Assembly: GCA_051439605.1 (NCBI GenBank)
Contig: JBFRWN010000013.1
Span: 1 to 64,000 of the forward strand
Length of the DNA stretch: 64,000 nucleotides
Source: Synechococcus sp.
Lineage (GTDB): Bacteria; Cyanobacteriota; Cyanobacteriia; Thermostichales; PCC-7336
Direction: 5' to 3'
Part shown: one piece after another, positions 1 through 10,900 of the stretch
How positions within the stretch are numbered: position 1 is the first letter of the stretch
Layout: each line of letters starts with the position of its first letter
The notes under the pieces: generated by a model
Seen by the model: the letters and a program-made list of their open reading frames with translations, nothing else
Database searches by the model: none
Told to the model about the DNA's origin: nothing
Position numbers and translations under genes: made by a program

Positions 1-224
1 TCTCCCTTTGCTGACTTGAATGGCTTCTACTATCACCACAATTGGTTGCACAACTTGCTGATTTCTTCCTCTATGAATGGCCGTAGCTTGTCTCACACTG
101 GATGACCACAAAATCCGTTAGAACTAGGCGAGGAACAGGTCGCGTTGTCAGACCATCTCAGCTTTGTTCAGAACGTAATCTTCAGCCCAGACGGAATAAA
201 TGCTTTAGATTATGCAACTATCAT

Positions 225-842
225 TCAAAATTCCAACAAACTTCTCAAGCGAAACACAAGCACCTCATGCACGAGCTCCAAACTCAAACGCCTGCGACAT
301 GCGACCTCGATAGGAACAAAATCGAGCCCGACAAACATACCGCCTGAGGCACTGACTAACACCAGTACACCTATGCCCACTCCCCATCTAACGAGTCTAG
401 TAGGGAACTTCGATCGCCTACCAACAACCACAACTTGACCCTCCCTCCGAGGTAGCCGCCGATCGACCTGCCGTGACAACTCCGTTCGAATCTTTCTACG
501 CTCTCTAACAGCCCCTCTAATTTCCGCAGATCGCGCAAACAGCCGCAGCGCTTGCCCCAACTCCCGAAATGCTGCATTTCCCCACCAGTCTTGCAAAAGC
601 GCTTCAAGCTTTGGCTCGACATGCCCCTGTTCCGAGTAGCTACGCAAGAAAACCACTAAAGCTTTCAGCAACAGTTCCATCTGTGGTTCAGCTGAAAGCT
701 CGCGGCTGAATTCTGCTAGAAACTTTTCGGATGCTTGATCCGTCAATCGAGTAGCTTCCGTTTGTGCAAGCGCAGCAGAAAATTGTGCGATTGCTTCGTC
801 AAGCCCCTCTGCCCGATCGTCAGCTGGTGGTAGATTCTCCAT
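225..842 (-). CDS. Hypothetical protein with possible C-terminal membrane segment
   Basis: 205-aa ORF overlapping the stop of the upstream ORF in the parM operon. Confidence 0.55.
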   Translation of the reverse strand: MENLPPADDRAEGLDEAIAQFSAALAQTEATRLTDQASEKFLAEFSRELSAEPQMELLLKALVVFLRSYSEQGHVEPKLEALLQDWWGNAAFRELGQALRLFARSAEIRGAVRERRKIRTELSRQVDRRLPRREGQVVVVGRRSKFPTRLVRWGVGIGVLVLVSASGGMFVGLDFVPIEVACRRRLSLELVHEVLVFRLRSLLEF

Positions 843-1386
843 CGCTCAGTTGCTTCTGGGACTTCGAGCTTCCAAACAGGTGCTCTACGCGAGCTTCGAT
901 TCTTTGGCGGAAATCGCTATTTCCATCGGTCTCCATTTGCGAGTTGGTATGTCGCTGTTGCAGTACCTGCGTGGTCTCCGCCATATACCGCTGCAGGTGG
1001 AATTGGAAAGATGCCAGGAACGACCCCACCACCTGTTCCGCAGCAGTTTGGGCAGCAGTTTCCCAATCGTTCTGTTCTGCGATCGCCTCCAACAATTCGT
1101 CACGGGTGCCCTCAATCTCTGTCATATCCAAAGGACGTTTATTCGATTCCTCAGATCGCTTGCGAGTGTTTCGCTTCTTCTTCGTAGAAACTTTGGGGGC
1201 CGATTTCTGCAGGAGCTGCGTTGCTTCTTCGTAGGACTTGCCCTGCTGAATCAGAGCGCGACAGTCTTTGAAGCGATCGGCTTCCTCATCCGTGTATTTG
1301 TCCTTGTCCTGCAGGCCGCAGGCCTTGAGCGTGGCGGCAACATCCTCCGCACTCAACTGGGCGACTACATCTTTCTTGGTTTGCAC
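820..1386 (-). CDS. Hypothetical protein in parM operon
   Basis: 188-aa ORF, co-oriented with and closely spaced to neighbours. Confidence 0.7.
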   Translation of the reverse strand: MQTKKDVVAQLSAEDVAATLKACGLQDKDKYTDEEADRFKDCRALIQQGKSYEEATQLLQKSAPKVSTKKKRNTRKRSEESNKRPLDMTEIEGTRDELLEAIAEQNDWETAAQTAAEQVVGSFLASFQFHLQRYMAETTQVLQQRHTNSQMETDGNSDFRQRIEARVEHLFGSSKSQKQLSDGESTTS

Positions 1387-1413
1387 TGTCTATCTCCAAA
1401 CGCTGCTTTTGAA

Positions 1414-1797
1414 TTAGGCAAACGGGTCCCACACTGCTTCTCGTTCATCCGCGACATCTGCCCCTACCGACGTTCCTCCTTTAGCCAAAAGCGGTTCCCG
1501 TTCCACAAGAGGTTCGGGCAATTCAGCTAGAGGCTTGGGCAGTAACGCCTGCAAGTATTGCTCCTGCATTTGCAAGCGCAGGACGCAGCTGCGAACCAAC
1601 TGTTCCAGTTCAGGCGGGGGGAGCGAGATTGCTTGGCGATCGCGGTAGGCCAGCGGCAACCAAAAACTCTGGACAGCCAGCATCACCATGTCCCTCAACG
1701 GATAGGGAGTCTCCCGCGCCAGCAAGTAATCGAGCAAAACTCCTTCCCGACTGGTGGGAGACGCCGTGACTTGGAATCGGACTTGGAATTTGGGCAT
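1414..1797 (-). CDS. Small protein downstream of ParM; candidate ParR-like adaptor
   Basis: ATG at 1797 with GGAGGA Shine-Dalgarno; N-terminal alternating strand (KFQVRFQV); immediately after parM. Confidence 0.6.
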   Translation of the reverse strand: MPKFQVRFQVTASPTSREGVLLDYLLARETPYPLRDMVMLAVQSFWLPLAYRDRQAISLPPPELEQLVRSCVLRLQMQEQYLQALLPKPLAELPEPLVEREPLLAKGGTSVGADVADEREAVWDPFA

Positions 1798-1811
1798 TGT
1801 TGTCCTCCATA

Positions 1812-2921
1812 TCAATTGGAACGACCAATCTCTACTGGGCCGGGAAATACCTGCCGGTTAAGACAGCGAAATGCCCCGTAGCTGTCGGCCAGACGCAGGC
1901 AGAGATTGCGATCGCCCAGATTGAAAACCCGCTGCACGTCCTCCTCCACTTCGGCGGCCCAGGACATCGGCACGCGGCCAAAGTAGCCCTTCAGTTCGGA
2001 CTTGAGATACTCGGCAGTTCCCCCCGCCACCATCACCTCGTCCAAATCTGCAGGCACGCCAGATCGCAGCCAGCGAGAGATCGCATCCCAATACTCCTGA
2101 CGCGAAATCCTGACCGCTTCGGCAATCTGTGCCGATTCCTCCACCTGGTTTTCGGGGTCTTCGCTCAACGCCAATCCCGAGAACTTTTCGGGACGGATTT
2201 TCGATCCTGCTTGGTGGACGCTAGCCACGATAGACGAGAGACTTTGACCGGATGTCCGCTGCTGCACCTTCTGCAGCATCCAAGACATACCCAGCGGTAC
2301 CGTTGCCCCCGACGTCACGCCGCGATCGACAAGAGCGATGGAGGCATCTCGATAGCCCAACATCAAAGCTGCCACCTTCCTCTGCCGAAATCGCTGGCCC
2401 TCCTGGCGGCTGCGAGACCAGATCAGGCCGCTGCCTTCGGGACGACAGAGGAAGTGCTCCAAACGAACTGAAAATCGCCTGCCGCAAACCACAAAGTCGG
2501 CCAAGGCTTCTTGCAAGCGCCGACCGAACAGTTCGCGGTTTTCCCATTCCTTGTAAGGGAGGAGGGAGATAGCTGAGAGCGAAAAGCGATCGGAGAGGCC
2601 GGTGACGATCGCGATCGTTCCGACTGCAGCCAAGAGCTTGGGAATGGCCCGCTCGTACTTGTGCCCTTTAAGAGGAGTCGAGGCATCGAATACCTTCCGA
2701 GCCAGGAAGCCGACTGCGTAGAGCTTGTTGCCGAACTGAACCCACGCCTCGTTTTTCGGATCGGGTCGGCCCAGCTGACCGGCGAGGTAGTCGTCCAGCG
2801 ACTCCTGCCGCAGACAAGCGACCTCGGGCTCCATCAGGTGGAGCTGGGGCTCACCACCAGAGAGGCGATAGATATTTTTCGACAGCGACGTACCGCTGTC
2901 GTTCGACAGCATCAAGTCCAT
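1812..2921 (-). CDS. ParM/StbA-family actin-like ATPase
   Basis: Actin-fold motifs DSGTSLSK, RPEGSG, LMLGYRDAS and VAGGTA. Confidence 0.85.
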   Translation of the reverse strand: MDLMLSNDSGTSLSKNIYRLSGGEPQLHLMEPEVACLRQESLDDYLAGQLGRPDPKNEAWVQFGNKLYAVGFLARKVFDASTPLKGHKYERAIPKLLAAVGTIAIVTGLSDRFSLSAISLLPYKEWENRELFGRRLQEALADFVVCGRRFSVRLEHFLCRPEGSGLIWSRSRQEGQRFRQRKVAALMLGYRDASIALVDRGVTSGATVPLGMSWMLQKVQQRTSGQSLSSIVASVHQAGSKIRPEKFSGLALSEDPENQVEESAQIAEAVRISRQEYWDAISRWLRSGVPADLDEVMVAGGTAEYLKSELKGYFGRVPMSWAAEVEEDVQRVFNLGDRNLCLRLADSYGAFRCLNRQVFPGPVEIGRSN

Positions 2922-3310
2922 CGGGCAGCCTCCCGGTTAACCCGTTGTCAATAAGAGCAATAAAAATCTCAAAATTAGGCCGATCTGAGAGGTCGGCAGA
3001 AAGCGATAATCTCTAGCGATTCTGGGCTACTTGCCAATAGAATAGCCAGCAAAACGGGCTTTGAATCTGAAGTCTTCTTATAGGGCATAGATTTCCTTAA
3101 TATCTCGATTCAACTAGAAGCAATTCCAGACGATATCGTCCTATCTATTTCTATCTTTTTAAACTTCTTGATGACTTATTCCAATCAACGATCTATATAA
3201 ATGAGAATCGGTTTCATGAAGGTAGAAGAGTTGTCAATAATTTGCGATCCCAAGCAAGAGAAAGCAATTTAGAGCGACTTGTGGCAACATTGAGGAGAAC
3301 TGATATCTTT

Positions 3311-3370
3311 GGGCTTTACTCGCCCCTAGGGCTGAGAGCTACGCTCGCACAGTACGCCCAGGAAGGGCAC
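3311..3370. promoter_or_regulatory. Candidate oriT
   Basis: Cluster of short GC-rich inverted repeats (GGGC..GCCC, GAGC..GCTC, GCCC..GGGC) ~125 bp upstream of the relaxase, in the divergent parM/relaxase intergenic region. Confidence 0.4.
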
Positions 3371-3493
3371 TTTTGCTACGCATTAATTTGCTAATTCTGC
3401 TTACAATAAAAGCAATTGAGCTAAACCCATTAAGCTTGAAGTTTTGTCAAATAAAAGCTCGAACTTCAGATTCGGCAATAGGTTTTCAAAGTC

Positions 3494-6400
3494 GTGCTGA
3501 CCGCTAAGAATGTCACCCCTGGAATGGGGGCGCATTACTACAAAAAGGAGAACTACTATTCCAGCGAACAATCGCAGGAGCAGTCGCGCTGGTTCGGAAA
3601 AGGTGCGAAGCAGCTGGGACTGCGAGGAAAAATACAGCCGGAAGTCTTCGAGCAGTTGTTGAATGGGGTACTGCCTTCGGGCGATCGCTTCCGCACCCGC
3701 AGGCGATCGCAACAACCTTCTGTACCGGGAAAGAAGCAGCCGCAAGTACGAGCGGGATTGGACCTGACCTTTTCCGCGCCCAAGAGCGTCAGCCTTCTGG
3801 CTCTTGCCTACGGTGATGGAGAATTGGAGAAGGCTCACCGCATTGCTGTGGAGCGAACGCTGAAGGTTGTCGAGCAGCGCTACGCTCAAACGCGAGTTCG
3901 CTTCGGCTCGGCGGAGAAGGACCGTCGCGTCGTCACCACCGGCAACTTGGTAGTGGGACATTTTCACCACGACACCAGCCGCGAACTCGATCCGCACCTG
4001 CACACTCACTGCGTTCTGCTGAACATGACTCGGTTGGAGAACGGCAGGTGGTACAGCCTGCACAACGATCGCATCTACAAGCACCGCAAGTTGCTGGGCC
4101 AGATCTATCAGAACGAGTTGGCTCGGCAGGTGCAGCAGTTGGGCTATCGCATAGAGCCCAGGGACCACGGGCAATTCGAGATTGCGGGCTTTAGTCGAGA
4201 GCAATTGGAGTTCTTCTCGGAGCGGAGACGGCAGATTCTCCAGCACATTGGGGCAGAGTCCACTTGGGCGGAGCGAGAGTCGGTTTGGGATGCGACTCGG
4301 ACCAAGAAAGGGGAACCGGTTGCTCGACAGGAGCTGCAGAATTTCTGGTTTCGGGAAGCGCAGTCGATTAGGATTGAGTTTCCGCAACGGGAGAGGAGAT
4401 CGCAGCTTGAGGATGACAGCGAGGAGCAGCTGAAACAGGCGATCGCGGATGGTATAGAACATTGTTCCGAGCGGGAGGTAGCATTCCCAACTGAAAGCAT
4501 CGAGCAGTTTGTCCTCTCTGAGGTTGGCAAGTTCGGTCTCGGTCAAGTACAGACAGCGATCGCCGAATCTGAGGAGTTGATTTACCTGGACGACAAGGTG
4601 ACCACCGAGAAGGCGGTGCAGCGGGAGCTGTCTACGATTCGCCTGATGCACCGGGGCCAGGGGCAGGTGGAGGCGATTGCCGAGCCAGAAGCCATCGCTC
4701 GGTATTTGGACGGGAGAGAAGCGCCGAGACCGAATGACAAACGGCTGACTGCTGGACAGCGAGAGGGCATCGAGTTGGCTGCGACTACCAGCGATCGCGT
4801 CGTGGCTTGGCAGGGGGTGGCTGGGGCTGGAAAGACTTTTGCCTTGAAGGAATTCAAGGTGATCGCGGAAGGGCAAGGATATGTGCTGAGAGGATTCGCT
4901 CCAAGTGCGGAAGCGGCCAAGGTTTTAGGGGAAGAGGTGGGTATATCCAGCGCAACGGTAGCTAGTCTATTGTTTTCGCCGTTATCCAATCGCCAGAACT
5001 CTCACGAAATTTGGGTAGTGGACGAGGCAGGGTTGCTAAGTGCCAATGACGCTCTGGCGTTGTTGGCGCGGGCGCAACGAGAAGGGGCTCGGACGATTTT
5101 GGTGGGGGATACTCGACAGTTGTCGGCAGTGGAGGCAGGCAATCCATTCAAGAGCTTGCAGCAGGCGGGAATGCGCATGGCTTATTTGGACGAGTCGAGG
5201 CGTCAGCGCACTCCCGAACTGAGACAGGGGGTGAGGCTTATTTCTAGAGGTCGCGTAAGGGAAGGAATCGAGCAGTTTCAGCAGACGGGTTGTATTGCGG
5301 CGATCGCCGACGAATCACAACGGCAAGCTCGATTGGTGGAGGACTACTTGGCTCTCTCGCCCGAGGAACGTGACAGAACGCTCGTGCTGGCGGGCACGAA
5401 TCGGGAGCGATTGGGGATTACCCAACGGATTCGAGCTGGTCTACGGGAGGAAGGGCAGCTGGGAGAAGGAGTGCAGATCGAGCGGCTGGAGGCTCGCGAT
5501 CTGACGGAGGTGCAGATGCGCTACGTCCATCACTTTGCGGAGGGGGATGTGGTGATGCCGCTGTATCGGAACGTGCGACAGGGGTTGGAGAAGGGGGCGT
5601 TTTTCGAGGTAGTGGGCAAGGAGGGCGATCGCCTGGTGTTGCGGGCGGAGGATGGCTCGCAGCGGATTGTGGATGTCCAGTTCAAGAAGGTGGTGTTTGC
5701 GCGCAGGGCGATAGAGATTGCGCCAGGGGATGTTTTGCGATGGACGAAGAACAACAGGGAGTTGGAGCGGCGAAACGGGCAGCAGTTTTGGGTGGAGTCG
5801 ATTGAGGGGAACGAAGCACGGGTGCAGTATGCGGACGGACGGTTCGAAGCGATCGATCTGTCGCGACCCCAGCATCTGGATTACGCTCTGGTGTCTACGA
5901 CCTATGCGGCACAGGGGAAGACTGCCGAGCGGGCGTTAATTGCGGCGGATCGTACGATTGGGAAGGAGAGTTTCTACGTCGCTGTCAGTCGGGTCAAGAC
6001 CGACCTCAAGCTCTACACCGAGAACATCGAAGGGTTAACGAAACTAGCTCAGCGGAGTCGAGCCAACCAGAATCCTATCGAACTGTTGCGGCAACAGTTG
6101 CGAGAGCGACTGGCGCAGGAATCCGCAGTTGGAGGAGAGACTTCTGAGAATGCTTCATCTGAAGTCGGCGATCGCTCCGAACAGCAACCCATCACCAGGA
6201 ATGTGGAGAGGCCATCAAAGCCTGCGAAACCGAAGTGGTGGCCGCGAGTTGTCAGTAACGAGGGAGAGGGCGATCGCCAACCCGAAATCGATCGCAATCC
6301 CGGTCTCGAACCGAAGCACTATGACGAACTACACCGCACCAGCGCGATCGCTGCCGAACTGATTGCCCTCAACTTCCTAAGCCTGCGAGGAGAGGAAACC

Positions 6401-7825
6401 TACCGGCGCGTTTGTTACTCCGATCGCCTATCGCGAAGGAAGGATGGAGAGTTGAGCGATCGCGTTCGGCGTCGGTACTCCCATCTGGAGAAAGGGGGCT
6501 GGTGGTGTAGCGGTCTCGACCCGCTCGATTACTGGAAGCCCATGCAGTGGGGCTGTTTCAAGCCAGACTATCCCCGCATTTCCAAAGACAAGGGGAAGCC
6601 CATCAAGTACGAACACCCCATAAAAACATCGACGCGGGCGTTTTTCCTCGACGTGCCCGATCTCATTTGGGAAAAGGTGGCTCGCAGCTACGGTTTGGAG
6701 ATGCCTGGCTATCGCGGCGAGGGATTTTGGGCTTGGGTGCAGCGAGAGCAGGTGCCGATTGTGTTGGTGGAGGGGGCGAAGAAGGCAGCTTGTTTGTTGA
6801 GTGCGGGGTATGCAGCGATCGCGTTGCCGGGGATTTGGAATGGTCGGCGCAAGGCGGCTGGGGGGAAGCCGGAGCGGGTGATTCCGGAGTTGCTGGTGTT
6901 TGTGCGGGAGGGGCGGGAGGTGTTTTTCTGCTTTGACCGGGATGAGAAACCGAGGACTCGCAAGAACGTGCAGGATGCCATTTGGAAGACAGGGCGGTTG
7001 TTGCAGCGGCAGGGGTGCGAGGTGGGGGTTATCGAGTTGCCGGGACCGGAGAAAGGGGTTGACGATTTTGTTGTGGGGCAAGGGGCTGGAGCATTCGAGG
7101 CAGTGTATGCAGAGGGGCAGTCTTTCCGCGAATGGGATGGTAAGCGGCGTCGCGATCGTCCCGAGCTATTGGTCGAAATCGAGACTGGAGATCGGAAGAA
7201 GGTTGCTATGTTCGAGCCCCCTGATAGGAAGGAAAAGTATTGGCCCCTTGTTCGCGAATACTTGGTAACCGAAAGGAGCCTTCCGGAGGAAATGATCGAT
7301 AGCTTGCACGATGCTGGCCAGCTCTATGCGGCAGGGTTGAAAGAGGGGCAGGAGTTCGGAGTAGTTTTCTTGGAACGGGACTTCTCTGGAAATATCACAG
7401 GTGCCTTCCAAAGTAAGTTATTGCCAGGTCGCCGATCACAGAGGTGCGATCCTGGTGATAAAAAAAATGAGGGCTGGTTCTACTTCTCCATGGGAGAAGG
7501 TCAGAAGCTTAAGCGAGTCGTGCTGGCTGAGTCGCCTATTGATGCCTTATCGGCAGCTGTGCTGACCCAGCGGGATGTGAAAACAATGTTTGTTGCTGTT
7601 GACGATCTTGAGAGAATTCCAGCTCGACTAATTGAGGGGGCGATCACACGGGGTGGAGAGATTTATGTAGCTTCCAATGCGAACGTACAAGGTGAAAGTA
7701 TGGCGGCAATAGTAAAAGAAGTATTTCCGCAAGCCATTCAAATTCGACCACCTCTTGCGAGAGAGTGGAATGATTGCCTACGATCACTCGAACGAAATAA
7801 CATGCACAAATCCATGGCCTTTTAG
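3494..7825 (+). CDS. MOBF (TrwC-type) relaxase fused to SF1 helicase and C-terminal DUF3854- and Toprim-like primase domains
   Basis: N-terminal YY..NYY, DLTFSAPKSVS, HDTSRELDPHLHTH (HUH); helicase GVAGAGKT, DEAG, GDTRQL; VEGAKKA..ALPGIWNG; ESPIDALS. Confidence 0.92.
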   Translation: MLTAKNVTPGMGAHYYKKENYYSSEQSQEQSRWFGKGAKQLGLRGKIQPEVFEQLLNGVLPSGDRFRTRRRSQQPSVPGKKQPQVRAGLDLTFSAPKSVSLLALAYGDGELEKAHRIAVERTLKVVEQRYAQTRVRFGSAEKDRRVVTTGNLVVGHFHHDTSRELDPHLHTHCVLLNMTRLENGRWYSLHNDRIYKHRKLLGQIYQNELARQVQQLGYRIEPRDHGQFEIAGFSREQLEFFSERRRQILQHIGAESTWAERESVWDATRTKKGEPVARQELQNFWFREAQSIRIEFPQRERRSQLEDDSEEQLKQAIADGIEHCSEREVAFPTESIEQFVLSEVGKFGLGQVQTAIAESEELIYLDDKVTTEKAVQRELSTIRLMHRGQGQVEAIAEPEAIARYLDGREAPRPNDKRLTAGQREGIELAATTSDRVVAWQGVAGAGKTFALKEFKVIAEGQGYVLRGFAPSAEAAKVLGEEVGISSATVASLLFSPLSNRQNSHEIWVVDEAGLLSANDALALLARAQREGARTILVGDTRQLSAVEAGNPFKSLQQAGMRMAYLDESRRQRTPELRQGVRLISRGRVREGIEQFQQTGCIAAIADESQRQARLVEDYLALSPEERDRTLVLAGTNRERLGITQRIRAGLREEGQLGEGVQIERLEARDLTEVQMRYVHHFAEGDVVMPLYRNVRQGLEKGAFFEVVGKEGDRLVLRAEDGSQRIVDVQFKKVVFARRAIEIAPGDVLRWTKNNRELERRNGQQFWVESIEGNEARVQYADGRFEAIDLSRPQHLDYALVSTTYAAQGKTAERALIAADRTIGKESFYVAVSRVKTDLKLYTENIEGLTKLAQRSRANQNPIELLRQQLRERLAQESAVGGETSENASSEVGDRSEQQPITRNVERPSKPAKPKWWPRVVSNEGEGDRQPEIDRNPGLEPKHYDELHRTSAIAAELIALNFLSLRGEETYRRVCYSDRLSRRKDGELSDRVRRRYSHLEKGGWWCSGLDPLDYWKPMQWGCFKPDYPRISKDKGKPIKYEHPIKTSTRAFFLDVPDLIWEKVARSYGLEMPGYRGEGFWAWVQREQVPIVLVEGAKKAACLLSAGYAAIALPGIWNGRRKAAGGKPERVIPELLVFVREGREVFFCFDRDEKPRTRKNVQDAIWKTGRLLQRQGCEVGVIELPGPEKGVDDFVVGQGAGAFEAVYAEGQSFREWDGKRRRDRPELLVEIETGDRKKVAMFEPPDRKEKYWPLVREYLVTERSLPEEMIDSLHDAGQLYAAGLKEGQEFGVVFLERDFSGNITGAFQSKLLPGRRSQRCDPGDKKNEGWFYFSMGEGQKLKRVVLAESPIDALSAAVLTQRDVKTMFVAVDDLERIPARLIEGAITRGGEIYVASNANVQGESMAAIVKEVFPQAIQIRPPLAREWNDCLRSLERNNMHKSMAF

Positions 7826-7900
7826 GTGATCGGTTTGCTTGGTCCTCCCTGCCACCAGCATTGGCCCTGCAATTCTCTACTCTGCATAGAAGTTAGTCGG

Positions 7901-10900
7901 TTAATAGCCAGCCAAGCGAGATGAACGTGACCACACATATTGTTCACAAGTCCTTTTGGCCTGAAATGCACTTGTACCGTGAAAAGGATTCTCTAGGATT
8001 GCATGATCGTGCAACCTCCAACATGCAGCGTCAAGCAAAGTTTCCCAGCTAAAGCTCCAAAGTCTGACCGTTCCGTCGTTGCCTCCACTGACAATTGTGG
8101 AGCCATTCTCATTCACTGCTACGGCATTGACAATCCCATTGTGACCACGAAATGGCTCACCTACGGGAGTACCGTCAGGCTGCCATAGCCGCACCGTTCC
8201 ATCGTTACCCCCACTAAGAATAGAAATTGAAGAGCCATACCCGCTCAAGCCTACTGATATGACTATGCCTTGATGGCCTGTAAAAGGCTCTCCGATCGGG
8301 CTGCCATCAGGCTCCCACAACCGCACTGTTCCATCTTCTCCCCCACTTACAATAGTGGCATTGTCATCACTGAGAGCCACGGAGTTAACCCACCCTCGAT
8401 GGCCTGTGAAGGGGGAGCCAATTGGGGTGCCGTCTGGTTTCCACAGTCTCACTGTGCCATCTCTACTGCCACTGACAATAGTGGAGCCATCTTCACTTAT
8501 GGCTACAGACATAACGATGCCCTGGTGGCCTGTGATTGAGTTTCCAATTGGGGTACCGTCAGGCTTCCACAGTTTCACCGTGCCATCTTCACCCCCACTG
8601 ACAATAGTGGAGCCATCCTCACTTATGGTCACGGATCTAACAATTCCCTGGTGACCTGTGAAGGGCTCTCCGATGGGGTTGCCGTCTGGTCGCCACAGCC
8701 TCACCGTCCCGTCTTCACCCCCACTGACAATGGTGGAGCCATCCTCGCTCATAGCAATAGAACGAACGATGCCTTGATTGCTTGCCAAAGGCTGACCAAT
8801 TGGGGTGCCGTCAGGTTGCCACAGTCTCAACGTTCCATCTTCACCTCCACTGGCAATGGTGGAGCCATCCTCACTTATGGCTATGGACCTAACATTGCCC
8901 TGATAGGCTTGAAGACTATGTTCCAGTGGCGCTCCTTCTGGCTGCCATAATCGTATAGTGGCGTCATAGCCTCCACTCAAGATTGTGAAGCTACTCTCAC
9001 TCTCACTGAGAGCCACGGCCCTAACTATGCCTTGATGACCTAGAAAGGGTCTGCCGATGGATGTACCATCTCGCTGCCAAAGACGCACTGTGCTATCTTC
9101 ACCCCCACTGACAATGGTTGAGCCATCCTGGCTAATGGCCACGGCTCTAACAATTCCCTGGTGACCTTGAAAGGGTTGTCCTATTTGTGTGCCGTCTCTT
9201 AACCACAACCTTATGCTGCCGTCTTCTCCCCCACTGACGATGGTGGAGCCATCCTCACTTATGGCTACGGACCTAACAATTCCCTGATGACCTTGGAAGG
9301 GGTCTCCGATGGGGCTGCCGTCTGGTCGCCAGAGTCTCACTGTCCCATCCGCCCCCCCACTGACGACGGTAGAACCATCCTGGCTAATTGCCACAGACCA
9401 TACCCTCTTCTGATGACCTAGAAAGGGGTCTCCCTCTGGCCTGCCATCTGGGTGCCACAGTCTCACTGTGCCATCCTCGCCCCCACTGACAATTACGGAA
9501 CCATCATCGCTGATGGCTACAGACAAAACTCTATCTTCGTGACCTTGGAATGGTTGGCCTATGAGCGTACCGTCCTGCTGCCACAGCCGCACCGTACCAT
9601 CTTCACCTCCACTGACGATAGAGGAACTATTTTCACCTACTGCTACAGACAAGACTCGGCCATCATGACCTCTGAAAGGTTCCCCGAAAGATTTACCATC
9701 TAGATTCCACAATCGAATTGTGCCGTCGCCGCTTCCACTAACAATAATGGAGTCGTCTTGAGTCAAGGCCAAGGACCAAACACCATCATGCTGATGCCCA
9801 CTCAAAATGTCACTTTCTCGGCTGTGTTCCACTGCACTTAACAAACTCCCCGTTACTATGCCTGGCACGTGCCAGTCAGGCAGTCTCAAAAACAGAGACC
9901 GACTCATTCCGATAGCTTCGATCGCTTGAGTAAGACCTCGTGTGGGTGCTGTAGAGAGTAAACTATCAACTCCCTGGGCTTTGGCTATAACAAGTTGACG
10001 TTGCGACTGTTGCCACTGCCATGCTGTTAGAAGCAACAAAGTGCACAGAATGCCAATGCCGCTAATTACTCCAAGCTTCCGAACTTTCTCCGCAGTCCTG
10101 GAAGCTTTAAAAAAGTCTATTTGTGTTTTGGTTAGTTCGCCAGGCGAACTCTTTACATACTCCTCCAACAAATCAAGCCTTGGACGCGCCCAAAGACTGC
10201 TTCTGTGTCTTCCCTCTTCTTCCCAGGCCTTTGCTGCTTCGTCTAATCGCCGTTGAAAGCGAATATCCTCACGATTATTGTCTAGCCACTCGTTGAGCTG
10301 GTCCCAATGTTCGAGCAATGCTTCGTGAGTTACTTCAGCCGTCTCGGATTGTCCTACTTCACCCGAGAGAGTAATCAAACGTGCGCCTCTGCTTGAAAAT
10401 TTTTCGATTACCTGTTTAGCCCATTCTGGTTTATCCCGATGAGACAGTAGACTATCCACCACGGCTCGTCGGCGCGTATCTCGACTACCTTCCCCCAACT
10501 GAACCAAACCGAGGAAGATCCGCTTGGCAATCTCTTGTTCTCTCTCCCCCAAACTGTCATAGATTCGCTGAGCTTCCCCTGCAAGTGCTCCGCCTACACC
10601 ACCAATCTCATTAAGTGTCTGTGATGAGTCGATCCCCTTCGCCATCCCCTCCCAAATTTGTGTGAGGGCAAACTGCAATAGGGGCAATGCCCCTTCTCGT
10701 CCTTTCGTCTCCTCAATCAAACGGTTCACCGTCCCCATATCCAGTGGGTGGCCAGCTCGCTCTGCGGGCATTGAGATGGCTCGCCGCAATTCCCCCTCGC
10801 TCATTGCCGGAACAACAAATAACTGACTGGCAATTAAACGATTGAGTTTGGGATGCCGCTGAGTTTCTCCCAAAAAGTCACTGCGCAGGGTTAAAACCAC

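Noticed and set aside
3401..4876. 491-aa minus-strand ORF
   Set aside because: Antisense shadow of the relaxase with no recognisable motifs
8050..9815. Regular repeats resembling a CRISPR or non-coding array
   Set aside because: In-frame WD40 coding repeats; no unique spacers and no cas genes
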